Source of the DNA: Kiritimatiellia bacterium
GTDB lineage: Bacteria > Verrucomicrobiota > Kiritimatiellia > RFP12 > UBA1067
DNA length: 63,099 nucleotides
NCBI GenBank assembly: GCA_017962315.1
Contig: JAGCVN010000106.1
Span: 1 to 63,099 of the forward strand
Reading direction: 5' to 3'
A model generated the notes under the pieces. It had not been told where the DNA came from. It did not search any database and worked only from the letters and a program-made list of their open reading frames with translations. The position numbers and the translations under genes are program-made. Within the stretch, counting starts at the first letter, position 1. Each line of letters begins with the position of its first letter. This document shows, one piece after another, positions 27,805 through 38,900 of this stretch.

Positions 27805-29847
27805 ATGAAGAGCAATCTGAAACTGTATGTTCTGCTGGTGGCTGTGATCGCCGTGGCGGGGTTGACCGTTGCGGATGGGCGCACCGTGTGCGGCGAGGGG
27901 ACGAACGCGCCGCCGAGGTACGTGCCCGCGATGCTTTCCAATGGCAGTCTGTGCATGACGGTCGATTTCAGCGGCGGGGTGTCCGCGCCGAAGAAGGAAC
28001 GCCGGCGGGGAATGTCCAACGGGATCTTCATCTTGGGAAAGAGGATGGGCGGCCCGAAATACGCGCTTTACGGCCACGGCTGGTACCGTCCGACGCTCAG
28101 GGTGGACGGTATGTCCCTTGACGTGCCGGACCGCTGGCGCCAGTCACTCGACCCGACAGCGGCGAAGACCACCGTCGTGAGCGAGTTCGGCGACGTGGTG
28201 CGCACCATCGAGACCTTCGTCGCCCACGGCGCGGACGTGATCGCGATCCGCCAGACGTTTTCAGGCGCGCAGCGTGTCGAGGCCGGGATCGAGTACTTCG
28301 CGCCGGAGGACGAGCGCATACAGGGGCAATGGGAGGACCTTCCAGACGGTCGGGCGTTTTCGTACAAGGTGTTCGGGAAGAAGATCGACAACGGGCGCAT
28401 CACCGTCCGCAACGCGAAGGAGGGCGGCGCGTTCGTCACGTTCATCTCGTTCGGCAAGCCCTACGCCGGAACGTATGCCGTGCTCGCGGAGCGTCATGCC
28501 GCCGCGTGGGCGAAGTACTATTCCGCTTCGGAGGTGAATGTGCCGGACGCGGAGGTCATGTCCATGCGGCGCATGGCGGAATACCAGTTGAAGTGCAACG
28601 TGACGAAATGGTCCATTCCCGTGGGGCTTCTGCCATCGCACTTCCAGGGCGGCATCTTCGCGTTCGACGAGATGTACGCCGTGCAGGGACTTCTGTCGGC
28701 GGGGCACTTCGACGAGGCGCGGCGGGCGAGCGACTACCGCTTCCACACGCTCGGAATGGCGAAGAGCCGCGTGATCGGCGCGGGTGCGCGGTGGGTGTGG
28801 ACGAGCATCGAGGACCCGAAGGTCGAGTGGGCGCCGATCGGCTACTGGCTGGACCACATCTTCCACATGTCGGCCATCGCCCGCACGTGTGCGCTGAACG
28901 CGCGGTACGCGGATGATGAGAAATATCTGCGCGAGCGGGCGTATCCGGTGATGCGCGAATGTGCGAGGTTCTACGCGATCCACTGCGTGTACGACGCGCC
29001 CGACGGCTCGTCGTTCGTGTGCAAGTGTACGGACCTCGAACGCCTCTGCGTCGCGAAGGTGCGTCCATTCATGACGACGTGCGGCGTGATCGACACGATG
29101 CGCCTCGCGGCGGAAGCGGCGGACCGCCTTGGGGTTGACGCGAAGGACGCGAAGAACTGGCGCAGGATCGCCTCCCGTCTTGAGAAGTCCCTGCCCGTGA
29201 AGGACGGACGCTTCGCCGCCGCCGCGAACGACCTCAACGCCGTCTCGATGGGCGTGATGGCGGGATTCTTCCCGTTCCCCATCTTTCCGAAGGGCCACCC
29301 GGAGCAGACCGCCGCAGTGGACTGGTTCCTTGCGCACGGCGTGAAGGCGGGAAACATGTACGCGACGGGAAAGAAGATCTGTCCGTGGTACGCCGCCGCG
29401 ATGGCGATGGGGGCGATGCGCGCGGGCGAGGGCGAGAAGGTCCTGCCGCTCATTCGGGAGGCGGGCACGTCGGCTGGCGTGTGGGGCGAATACTGGGAGA
29501 TCAACGAGCCGGGTGTCGCGGAGTGCCGTCCGTGGTTCATGACGGCGGCGGGAAACTGCCTCTACGCGATCAACTCGATGCTGCTCATGGAGGCGGATGG
29601 CGAGTGCCGCATCGGCGCAGGCGTGCCGAAGGAGTGGAAAGACTGGTCGTTCAGGCTTCCCGCCGAGGGCGGGTACGAGGTCGAGTTCGAGATGAAGAAC
29701 GGGGTGGTGACGAAGCTGGTGCTGAGACAGCAAGCGTACAACAGCAAGAGAGAGTCCGATCCTCGTACCGTCAAAGTCATTCTGCCAGACGGTTCACGCC
29801 ATACGGTGGAGGTCGTGTCGTCTGGAGTCGTCAAGATTTCCCCATGA
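27805..29847 (+). CDS. Secreted six-hairpin (alpha/alpha)6 glycoside hydrolase, GH65/GH95-like
   Basis: Signal peptide, LSNGSL, HAAAWAKYY, PSHFQG..FDE, YPVMRECARF, PWFMTAAG, VPKEWKD. Confidence 0.65.
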   Translation: MKSNLKLYVLLVAVIAVAGLTVADGRTVCGEGTNAPPRYVPAMLSNGSLCMTVDFSGGVSAPKKERRRGMSNGIFILGKRMGGPKYALYGHGWYRPTLRVDGMSLDVPDRWRQSLDPTAAKTTVVSEFGDVVRTIETFVAHGADVIAIRQTFSGAQRVEAGIEYFAPEDERIQGQWEDLPDGRAFSYKVFGKKIDNGRITVRNAKEGGAFVTFISFGKPYAGTYAVLAERHAAAWAKYYSASEVNVPDAEVMSMRRMAEYQLKCNVTKWSIPVGLLPSHFQGGIFAFDEMYAVQGLLSAGHFDEARRASDYRFHTLGMAKSRVIGAGARWVWTSIEDPKVEWAPIGYWLDHIFHMSAIARTCALNARYADDEKYLRERAYPVMRECARFYAIHCVYDAPDGSSFVCKCTDLERLCVAKVRPFMTTCGVIDTMRLAAEAADRLGVDAKDAKNWRRIASRLEKSLPVKDGRFAAAANDLNAVSMGVMAGFFPFPIFPKGHPEQTAAVDWFLAHGVKAGNMYATGKKICPWYAAAMAMGAMRAGEGEKVLPLIREAGTSAGVWGEYWEINEPGVAECRPWFMTAAGNCLYAINSMLLMEADGECRIGAGVPKEWKDWSFRLPAEGGYEVEFEMKNGVVTKLVLRQQAYNSKRESDPRTVKVILPDGSRHTVEVVSSGVVKISP

Positions 29848-29893
29848 TTCATGCGATTTGCGGATTATGGGAGAAAGTCTCATGGAGAAAGAC

Positions 29894-31384
29894 ATGAAAT
29901 ACAGAGTTCTATGTGCAATTACCCTAGCCTCCACGTTTGCTGCGACGGGCGCGGCGAATGTGGACGTGTTCACGCTTGAGGGACCGGTCAAGACGAATGC
30001 GTTCAAGCAGGCGGACTTCAAATGGGCTATCCATCCCCGGTACGACTACTCGAAGACGTACGTCACGAAACTCTTCCTCTCGCAGGCGGAGTACGAGCCG
30101 GAGCACCTTGGGAAATACAAGATGCGCGACAACGGCAAGCAGAAGGTCTGCATGAACTGCGAAACGGCGCTTGAAGTGATCAAGGGCATGGACGCGCTCA
30201 CGCTCGGAATGCCGAAGATCGTCTATCTCGTCGGCTGGCAGTACAACGGACACGACTCGAAGTACCCCGCCTTCTTTGAGGGCAACAGGGCCATCGCCCG
30301 CGCGTGCGACAAAGACCCGCTCGCCAGCGTCCGCTGGCTCATGCGGGAGGCAAAGGAATACCACACGGCGGTGAGCCTGCACGTGAACCTCTTCGACGCA
30401 TACGACGACAGTCCGCTCTTCAAGGAGTATGTCCGCGCGGACGTGCTCGCACGCGAGAAGGACGGTACGTACATACTCGGCGACTGGGCGTACAAGGTGA
30501 GTTATGCGGCTGAATGGGAGAAGGGACTTGTGCAGAAGCGCCTTGACCGGCTGTGCGACCTCCTACCCATCCGCGAGGCGGGCACGATCCACATCGACGC
30601 ATTCCACAATGCCGTGCCGTTCCCGGTCGTCGGGGCGAACGGGCGACATTCCATCAAGTTCCGCTCGCCCATCAGCCCGTGGCACGGCCATACGCGCGAA
30701 CAGGACATCGACGCAAAGCGGAACATCGTGAAGTACCTTGACGCAAAGGGCATCGACGTGACCACGGAAGGCGTCGCCGGCATGGACATTGGCGGCGGGC
30801 GCGAGGGGTACTTTCCGATGTTCTGGCACTACAACGCTCGCGAGTACGCACTCTCCCTCAAGGCATCGCAGGCGTGTGGCGGCAACGTTTACGGCAGTCT
30901 GTGCGCCTTCGGCAGCAACGTGAACGGCGAGGCCCTGTTCCGCAGCAACACCGACCTTGCAAAGGCGTTCGACATCTTCAAGCGCGGGTTCTGCAAGACG
31001 ACGCTTATCAGCCAGTACCTCAACTCGTTCGGACGCCAGGCGCTGATCGAGGGCAAGGGCGGAAGTATCGGCGTGTTTGAAATGGGCGTGCGCACGATGT
31101 GGAAGGGCGGGAGGCTGAACGTCGCGAAGGTCGGCGAGATCCTTTCCGACGGCAGCGACATGCTCATCCCCGCCCTGTGGCTCGGCAACAATGCACTTGT
31201 GGCGTATTCCGAGAAGGGTTACCGCGACCGCAAGTGGAAAGTGCCGTCGGGCGTGAAACTCTCGGACAAGGCGAAAGCCTGGACGGTCACATCCAAGGGC
31301 CGCGAAGCGTTCAACAAGTTCAAGATCGAAGGCGATTCCGTGACCATCACGCTCTCGCCGACCGAAATGGTCTTGGTTAAGTAA
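29894..31384 (+). CDS. GH101-like endo-alpha-N-acetylgalactosaminidase family protein
   Basis: KIVYLVGWQYNGHDSKYP, VSLHVN..DAY, TIHIDAF, DVTTE; signal peptide; GGAG RBS before ATG 29894. Confidence 0.7.
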   Translation: MKYRVLCAITLASTFAATGAANVDVFTLEGPVKTNAFKQADFKWAIHPRYDYSKTYVTKLFLSQAEYEPEHLGKYKMRDNGKQKVCMNCETALEVIKGMDALTLGMPKIVYLVGWQYNGHDSKYPAFFEGNRAIARACDKDPLASVRWLMREAKEYHTAVSLHVNLFDAYDDSPLFKEYVRADVLAREKDGTYILGDWAYKVSYAAEWEKGLVQKRLDRLCDLLPIREAGTIHIDAFHNAVPFPVVGANGRHSIKFRSPISPWHGHTREQDIDAKRNIVKYLDAKGIDVTTEGVAGMDIGGGREGYFPMFWHYNAREYALSLKASQACGGNVYGSLCAFGSNVNGEALFRSNTDLAKAFDIFKRGFCKTTLISQYLNSFGRQALIEGKGGSIGVFEMGVRTMWKGGRLNVAKVGEILSDGSDMLIPALWLGNNALVAYSEKGYRDRKWKVPSGVKLSDKAKAWTVTSKGREAFNKFKIEGDSVTITLSPTEMVLVK

Positions 31385-31414
31385 GGTGCGATGTGCTATA
31401 GGGAGAAATGGTAA

Positions 31415-32440
31415 ATGAGCGAAAGAATCGAACTGGTCAGAAGGGCGTTCGCGGGCGAGGCCGTCGAACGCATACCCGTGATGGCGCACAACTTCATGAT
31501 GGCCGTGCGCGAGGCGGGATTCACGCAGAAACAATTCCGCGAGAGTCCCGACGTGATGGTAAAGACCATGACCGAGGCAACAATCAAGTACGACCTCGAC
31601 TGCGTGTTGCTCGATGTCGATACGGCACTTCTCGCCTCGGCGTGCGGCGCGGACGTGATGTACCCCGATGACCTTGCCGCCGTCGCGAAGGGGACGCAAC
31701 CTGTGCCGCTTGAGGAACTGCCGGACAAGGTGAAGTCCGTCGACCTTCTTACCTCGGAGCGCATCCGACACTACCTCGAAGCCGCCGAACGCCTCGTCGC
31801 ATGGGGTAATGAGAACGACCGGTTCATCCGCATCAACGCAGATCAAGGCGCGTTCTCGCTGGCATGTATCCTCACCGGCATGGACGAGTTCTTGATGGAC
31901 CTTCTCGATGAAGATTACGAAGAGGACATCAACCGTTTGCTCGACGCCACCTACGGTCTCTCTCTCAAAATGCACGAACTCTGTTTCGCCACCGGCGCGC
32001 ACATGACGAGCTACGGAAACAGTTCCGAAGGATGCAGCGTCATTTCCCCTACCCTTTTCCGCCAGTTCGCAAAGGAACGCGAGACACGCCTCGCCGCCGA
32101 CCTCAAGGCGCGAGGCATCCCCTACCTCTGCCACATCTGTGGCGACGTGAACCCGATTCTCCCCGACCTCGTGGAAACCGGCTGCCCCGCTTACGAACTT
32201 GACTGGAAGACGGACGCGGAGCGCGTATTCGAAATCGCGCACGGGAAATTCACGCTCTCCGGAAACGTCGATCCCTCGCTTTTCCTGACGGGCACGCCAG
32301 ATGAGGTGTACGCGGAAGCGAGGAAGGTCTGCGACCTCTTCCGTGGCAAGGGTGGACTTGTCCTCTGCTCCGGCTGCGCCCTCGGACCTCAGACAAAGAG
32401 CGAAAACCTCCAGGCATTCGTCCGCGCCGCGTGGGCCTAA
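31415..32440 (+). CDS. Uroporphyrinogen decarboxylase / MtaA-CmuA methyltransferase family protein
   Basis: ERIPV, GAFSLA, ISPTLFRQF, HICG, GNVDP, GTPDEV, SGC. Confidence 0.85.
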   Translation: MSERIELVRRAFAGEAVERIPVMAHNFMMAVREAGFTQKQFRESPDVMVKTMTEATIKYDLDCVLLDVDTALLASACGADVMYPDDLAAVAKGTQPVPLEELPDKVKSVDLLTSERIRHYLEAAERLVAWGNENDRFIRINADQGAFSLACILTGMDEFLMDLLDEDYEEDINRLLDATYGLSLKMHELCFATGAHMTSYGNSSEGCSVISPTLFRQFAKERETRLAADLKARGIPYLCHICGDVNPILPDLVETGCPAYELDWKTDAERVFEIAHGKFTLSGNVDPSLFLTGTPDEVYAEARKVCDLFRGKGGLVLCSGCALGPQTKSENLQAFVRAAWA

Positions 32441-32700
32441 ACGGGAAACGATGGAACTTTCGCTCATTTGAAATGGCGGAAACGGCAAAAATGGGCAGGA
32501 GAATAAGGGCTTTTGGTGTCTCGCCGCCGCGTAAAAATCGCTCTTCATTTTCCCCCTTGTGCATAAAAAGTGAAATAGGGTATACTGTCCATATTGTGAT
32601 TCTACCTCTGCGGAAAACGTTCGTCGGGTTCCGTCAGGCTGTGTGGCCTGGCTCGAGGGCGACGCGAAAGAGGGGGTGCAATTGTTTACTAGCGTCTCAA

Positions 32701-34272
32701 ATGAATACCCTCAAGAAAATAACCGTGACCACCATGTCGGCAGTGCTGTTTTCCGCCGTCTTTTCGTCGGCACAGGCGCGTGAACTCAAGCTGATGAGTT
32801 ACAACGTACACCACTGCGCAGGCGCAGACGGGAAGATTGACATCGCCCGCACGGCAAAGGTCATCGTATCCGAGGTGCCGGACTACGTCGGGTTGCAGGA
32901 ACTCGACCGCCGGGTTGCGAAGCGTTCTGGAGGCATCGACCAGCCGGCGGAGATCGGACGGCTTGCGGGATTGCATGTGACATTCGCAAAGGCGATACCG
33001 TATCAAGGTGGCGACTACGGCAACGCGGTGCTTTCACGGGAGAAGCCTCTTTCGGTGGAGCGCATTCCGCTGCCGGGCGGAAGTGAACCCCGCGTTCTGG
33101 TCCTTTGCGAGTTTGCGGACTGCTGGTTTGGCACGACGCATCTTGGACGGAACAATCCGCAAACCGAACCAGACAGGATGAAGTCCGTGGAGATTATCCG
33201 GGGTATCGTCACTGAAAAGGCCAAGTCAAAACCAGTGTTTCTTTCGGGCGACTGGAACGCCAGACCTAAGTCGGACGTGCTGAAGGCAATGCGCGGATTC
33301 ATGACGATTCTTTCACGCGAGGATTGGCAGACCGGCCACGACTTTGTCAAAAGGCCAAGGGAACATTGCATCGATTACCTTGCCGTGGATACCGCCCATG
33401 CGGCCGCCGTTCGGACGAAGGAGACGCATATCATTCACAATTATGTGGCATCCGACCACAACCCGATAGCGGCGACGGTTTCCGTGGTGGCTTCTCCGTG
33501 CGCGATGACTGCACCGCTGTTGCGGCTCGCCACCTACAACATCCACCATGGAGAGGGGAAGGACGGCAGATACGACATTCGCCGGATGCTGGACTACGTG
33601 GAGAGCGCAAGGCTTGACGTCTTTGGGCTGAACGAGGTGAACTGTAAGTCGAGGCGCGTACATGGCGCGGACACCCCGGCTGAGATCGCGCAACTGACGG
33701 GCATGAACGTCGAGTATGCGGCGGCACGGACGTACGGCGGTGGATCCTACGGGAACGCCGTCGTGTCGAAGGAGAAGCCGCTTTCAACGGAACGCATCGA
33801 CCTTCCGAGGGGTAACGGAGAGAAGGGACTGAAGTGTTCGCTGATGCTCTGCGAGTTCACGAACTTCTGGTTCGGTTCAACGCACTTCGAAGTACGTTCG
33901 GCCCTGACAAACCAGCTTAAGTCCGTGGAAATCCTGCGGAAAATTGTCGCAGAGAAGTCAAAGACGAAGCCTGTGTTCCTGTCCGGGGACTGGAATAACG
34001 AGCCGGACTCGGTCACGCTCGCGAAGATACGCGAATTTATGGCAGTCCTTAACGACCCAAAGGTGCGCACATACACAGGCTTCCGAGTCCGTCCAAAAGA
34101 TGACGAGTATTGCATCGACTACATCGCCGTCGACAATGCTCACGCGGGAACGTTCAAGGTGACCGAACGGCGTGTCAAATCCGAGAGTTTCGTCTCCGAC
34201 CACAATCCCGTATTCGTGACATTGGAGAAGAAACAGGCGAAGGATGGCGATGAGCAAAAGGCAGACAAATGA
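32701..34272 (+). CDS. Secreted protein with two tandem endonuclease/exonuclease/phosphatase (EEP) domains
   Basis: Start MNTLKK at 32701; two copies of YN(V/I)HH..GL(Q/N)E..YGNA..GDWN..CIDY..SDHNP. Confidence 0.88.
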   Translation: MNTLKKITVTTMSAVLFSAVFSSAQARELKLMSYNVHHCAGADGKIDIARTAKVIVSEVPDYVGLQELDRRVAKRSGGIDQPAEIGRLAGLHVTFAKAIPYQGGDYGNAVLSREKPLSVERIPLPGGSEPRVLVLCEFADCWFGTTHLGRNNPQTEPDRMKSVEIIRGIVTEKAKSKPVFLSGDWNARPKSDVLKAMRGFMTILSREDWQTGHDFVKRPREHCIDYLAVDTAHAAAVRTKETHIIHNYVASDHNPIAATVSVVASPCAMTAPLLRLATYNIHHGEGKDGRYDIRRMLDYVESARLDVFGLNEVNCKSRRVHGADTPAEIAQLTGMNVEYAAARTYGGGSYGNAVVSKEKPLSTERIDLPRGNGEKGLKCSLMLCEFTNFWFGSTHFEVRSALTNQLKSVEILRKIVAEKSKTKPVFLSGDWNNEPDSVTLAKIREFMAVLNDPKVRTYTGFRVRPKDDEYCIDYIAVDNAHAGTFKVTERRVKSESFVSDHNPVFVTLEKKQAKDGDEQKADK

Positions 34273-34564
34273 AACCTATTGCCATGAACCGCGTGATGGC
34301 AGGTACGTCTACAATTTCAGTGGCGACGGCGATTTGGTTTTTCCCCTGATCGCCAAGGCCGTCCGCAAGAAATATCCGGAGGTGAAGCTGGTGTTCGACA
34401 ATTTGGGTGCTAGCCGACTCATCAAGACTCTGAAAGACAGTCGCGCCGACAACTTCTACGGAGTCCCTGAACGTTTCACGGGGTCTCTTGCACACGAATA
34501 CAACGAACCCAAGGGGAAATTCGGGATCCTCGCGGGCAAATACGCGGTGTTCCGCGATATATAA
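34250..34564 (+). CDS. Small hypothetical protein or gene fragment
   Basis: About 104-aa ORF overlapping the EEP stop; protein-like composition, no recognised motif. Confidence 0.35.
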   Translation: MSKRQTNETYCHEPRDGRYVYNFSGDGDLVFPLIAKAVRKKYPEVKLVFDNLGASRLIKTLKDSRADNFYGVPERFTGSLAHEYNEPKGKFGILAGKYAVFRDI

Positions 34565-34931
34565 TCGCTTTGAGGGTATCACTTGGTACGTGCAGTCGGT
34601 TATACAGATCCTGTCTGCATCGGGAATCGTACGCTCTGCCGGAAAAGATGTGGTTACCGCCAGCGGCCACTTGGTGGAAGAAAATGCGATGAACGACGGC
34701 TTCATTCCTTCCAAATGTGCGCCAGTTGCTGTCGAGCTGTTCCGTGCGGTGGTTGCAGAACGCGAGGTTGCCGAACCGATGTCAACCGAGTTTGAAGAAA
34801 GACATCGTCTGCGGGCTGTCTCAAGCGTACGCTTTGTCCCCGACATACTTTTGAAGGACGAACTGTTTTACAGGCGCGATGATGGATATGTCGTGTATGA
34901 TCGCCTGTTCGTCGAATGGGTGAAGGCATGA
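34560..34931 (+). pseudogene. C-terminal remnant of an AAA-family ATP-binding protein
   Basis: IYNRFEGITWYVQ...SSV...LLKDEL...YVVYDRLFVEW resembles ATPase C-termini; no Walker A and no proper start. Confidence 0.55.
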
Positions 34932-34961
34932 TACTGCATCTGCGTTGACAGCAAAGATGAA

Positions 34962-35497
34962 AGGGACTTCATGCATGAGTGTGGGTCTGATTCAACCAGC
35001 AAAGGGCATTTTCGAGGTGTGAAACGACGGTTTCATTGAAAAAGCAACGGGAGGGAGACCTCGCGTTTTTTTAACGCAGAGCCCGCCGCCCGCGCTCCGC
35101 GCGGGAATGTACACGAGGGTAAGTTTCTGAAAACAACATGGACAACGTTTGGTTCTTCCGCGCACAACCATGCGCGGTTTTGAAAACGCCGCGCTATTGC
35201 GCGGCGAAAGAAGGATGTTGTCTTTACAAGTTATTTCGGTTGTCACCAATCGAACTTATAAGCAAGACGCAGAGAAAGGGCAACGGGGACGCTGCCCCTC
35301 CCGGAAACATCGCCGACTACAGCCTATCCCCCTTTTACGTTCCTTGCGACGAATACCCGTACTTTGAAATCTGTTCGTCCTTGTGCCTCCGCGTCTCTGC
35401 GTTTCGATCAAACGGAAAGCCGGTAAAGGGAAATCAATGGTTCGGCGAAATGCTCGAAAGTCGGCATAAAACACCCTCACTTATATCTGAAGAGCTA
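34962..35497. mobile_element. MITE-like element, copy 2 (536 bp)
   Basis: Ends AGGGACTTCATGCATGAGTG ... CACTTATATCTGAAGAGCTA; flanks GATGAA/TATGAA; both arms homologous to copy 1, different centre. Confidence 0.75.
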
Positions 35498-35604
35498 TAT
35501 GAAAACGGAACGGGCAGCGACGAACTCGGCCCTACGAACGCGCTCTTCCAATTGCGCTAAATCTATGCGGAAAAGATGAACTTAGAAACACTGAACCGCT
35601 CATC

Positions 35605-35633
35605 TTGACTAAATCTTTGAGAAAGGGTATCAT
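35605..35633 (+). promoter_or_regulatory. Sigma-70-type promoter
   Basis: TTGACT-17-TATCAT. Confidence 0.55.
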
Positions 35634-35660
35634 TCAACGCGGTTGAAAACAAGGAAACGG

Positions 35661-35961
35661 ATGATGATTGATCGAAAGAAAGAGCTTGGCGTGATACGTG
35701 ATTGCATCGTGCGATCCGGATGTCAACGGGGCGTAGATTGATCTCGTCATCGAGCGCGGCGACCGGATCGTGAACCTCTGCGAGATGAAGTTTGCGTCGG
35801 AGAAATTTACGAGCGACGCTGGCTACGCGGCGCATCTGCGCGAGACGGGCGTGCGCGGTAACTGCCACCTTACGTTCGTGACCACCTACGGGTTGTGCAG
35901 GAGCAGTTACAACAGTATGGTGCTGTCCGAAGTGACGTTCGACGATTTGTTTGAGGAGTAG
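35661..35961 (+). pseudogene. Internally deleted AAA ATPase (DUF234/DUF4143-type) remnant
   Basis: AAGGA RBS + MMIDRKKEL N-terminus joined out of frame to C-terminal GA*IDLVIERGDRIVNLCEMKF...VTTYGL...TFDDLFE. Confidence 0.7.
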
Positions 35962-35967
35962 AAGGAT

Positions 35968-38900
35968 ATGATGAAAAGGATATGCCATGCGGCGGTTGCG
36001 GTATGCGCGGCGGCGTTGTCGCCGGTATTTGCTGAGGGGGTGTCCGGGACGCCGATCAAGGAGGTGATCCTCGCGTCGAAAAACCACCTCGACGTGGGCT
36101 TCACCTGTACCGTGCCCGCGCTCATGCGCAGGATCAGAACTTCCGACGCGGAGGGTGTTCTCAACCTGCTCGATGCCGACAGGTCGAAGCCGGAGGCGCA
36201 GTGGATTCGCTGGACGCTGCCCGCCTGGTCGATGGACATCATGTTGGATGGCACTTACGCCCCAGAACGCCGCGCACGGCTTGAAGAGGCGGTGCGCACG
36301 CGCCGCCTGTTGTGTCAGGCGATGCCGTTCACCATCGAGGCGGAGGCCTCCGACCTCGAAGAGATGGTGCGGCTCCTTTCGTACGGCTCCGACATCTCAC
36401 GCCGTTTTGGAATCGACCTCCCGCGCCATGCGAAACAGTCGGACGTGCCGGAGCAGGCGTGGGCGATGCCGACCGTTCTCGCGCAGGCGGGCGTGAAGTT
36501 CCTCCACATCGGTATCAATCAGGGATGCAAGCAGAATGGTTCCCTCTCGAAGATCCCGCCGCTCTGCTGGTGGGAAGGACCCGACGGTTCGCGCATCCTG
36601 CTCGGGTATTGTCCGAACTACGGCGAAGTGAGGGGCAGCCCGAAATTCACCGTCCCGAAGGGATGGAAGCACAGGACGTACCTCGCCTACTACATGCGCG
36701 GCGACAACCAGGGGCCGATCTCAACGAAGGACGCCGAGGCGGTGATGGCGAACGTGCGCAAGGCGATTCCCGGCGTGAAGGTGCGGTTCGGCGATCCAGG
36801 TGACTTCGCGGACGCCATCATCGCCGAAGAGAAGGAAAAACCCAGGCTCCCCGTCATTCGCGGCGACATGCCGGACACCTGGATCCACGGACAGATGACC
36901 GCGCCGGAGGAGACGGCGATTCACCGCCACGCGCAGACGGAACTGATTACGCTGGGCGTTCTCGATACGACCCTGCGCGCACTCGGCATCAAAACAAAAC
37001 CCGTCTCGCGCGTGCTCGATCACGGTTACCGCAAGTCGGGTCTCTATTCGGAACACACCTGGGGGCTTTCGTGCGGACGCGAACGCAAGCACTTCCACGA
37101 TCCCGACTGGCGCGAGCGCTACGAGCGTGGCGACTTCAAATACATCGACTCCGCGTTTGAGTACCACAAGGACTACGCGCGCGACGCACACCGCATCGCG
37201 CAGGACGGTATCAAGGAGCGCATGACGGCACTTGCGCGGGCGGTGGACGTGGAGGGGCCGCGCATCGTGGTGTTCAATCCGCTGCCGTATGCGCGAGACG
37301 CAGAGGTGGAGGTGGAGATGCCGAAAGGCTATTCGCTGCCCGGCGGCGTGCGCGACGGCGGGAAGGTGAAGTTTCTCGCAAAGGGCCTCCCGGCCGACGG
37401 CTACAAGACATTTGCGGTTAGCCGCGTAGAAAATCTAGAAGTTCTAGAACGGCTAGAAAATCTAGAAGTTCTAGACGGCCAGCCAATGAAGTTTCTCCAT
37501 TTCACCGTGCGCTTCAATCTGGAGAAGGGCGGGATTGCCTCGCTCGTGGAAAACGCCACGGGGCGCGAGCTCGTGAAACAGGGCGGACACGCCCTCGGGC
37601 AGTTCCTGCATGAACGGTTCAGCTTGAACGAGGTCAAGCGCTTCGTCTATTCGTACAACCGCGGACCGCAACGTCGATTAGATTTTGACTTCGGAAAGGG
37701 TGGCATGCCCGATACGAACAAAATCACCTACGCCGCGATGACGCCGAAGAACTGGACCGCAAAGCACGTGCGCACTGCACTCGGCGAGGAGGTGACGCTC
37801 ACGGCCGGTGATACGCTCGGCCTTGCGAAGGGATTTGAGATTCGCTTCTCCTTCCCCGACCATGCGGCGTGCGTTGATATTTCGTGGCGCGTGACGGACA
37901 AGACGCCCGATCCGACGCCGGAGGGTGGCTGGATCTGCCTGCCGTTCAACGTTTCCGCGCCTTCTTTCCGCGTCGGACGAATCGGCGGGACGATCAACCC
38001 GGCGAAGGACATCATCTTCTTCTCCAACCGCAATTTGATGTGCGTCGATCGTGCGATTACGGTGCGTAACGGCGCGACGGGAGCGGGCATGGGCGTGGCG
38101 TCCGCCGATTTGCCGCTCTGGAGTCTCGGCAAGCCCGGCCTCTGGCGTTACGAGCCGGACTATGTGCCGACGGAGCCGGAGGTGTTCGCGAATCTCTACA
38201 ACAACCAGTGGAACACGAACTTCCCGTTCTGGATTCCCGGCTCGTGGACGGCCTCGCTGCGGGTGTATCCGGTGGCGGAGGGCGCGGATGAAGAGCAGGC
38301 GATGTTTACGCCCGCGTGGGAGATTCGCCAGCCGTGCGTCGCGGCGTTCGCAGAGGGAAGTGATTTAGCCACAAAGGTCGCAAAAGATGGTGGGGATGGA
38401 GTAGCTGTTTCGCGGAGGGGGGTGAGGGTGACGGCGTTTTGTCCGAATCCCGACGGACGCGGAACGGTGCTACGCGTGTGGGAACAGGCGGGAACAGGTG
38501 GCGCGATCACCGTCACGCTTTCCAAGGGTATGAAGGCGACGGAGGCGCGGCCCGTGAACTTGCGCGGCGAGCGGGCGGGCGACCCGATTCCAATCCGGGA
38601 CGGCAAGTTCTCCTTCGATCTTGGCGCGTGGGCCCCCAAGAGCTTCATCCTCTTCGGTGCAGCGGAAGAGGCGTGTGGCGCGGCGGCGTACCGTTTCTAT
38701 CGCTTCGCCGCTGATTTGACGGGCGGCGGCGGACTCCAAATCTCGGAACTGAAGCTGTATAGCGGCGTGGACGACATCACGCAGCGGTGCTCCGCCGTCC
38801 GCTACGAAGAGGCGACGTTCGCGTCCCAGTTCAAGAAGGGGTTCAATCCGTTGAAGGCGCTCGACGGCAACCTCGGCACGAAGTGGTACGACGACCGCGC

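Noticed and set aside
25953-28193. Diverged repeat pair as a DGR template/variable region
   Set aside because: No reverse transcriptase in the window, differences are not adenine-specific, and the repeat is at a gene's 5' end
10945-35736. In-frame TAG codons (10947, 35734) suggesting amber recoding
   Set aside because: Many intact genes here (ftsZ, ftsQ, GH20, hsdR, glyQS) terminate at TAG; CAG-to-TAG decay in remnants explains them, and the TAG in the IS30 remnant arises from a 1-nt insertion
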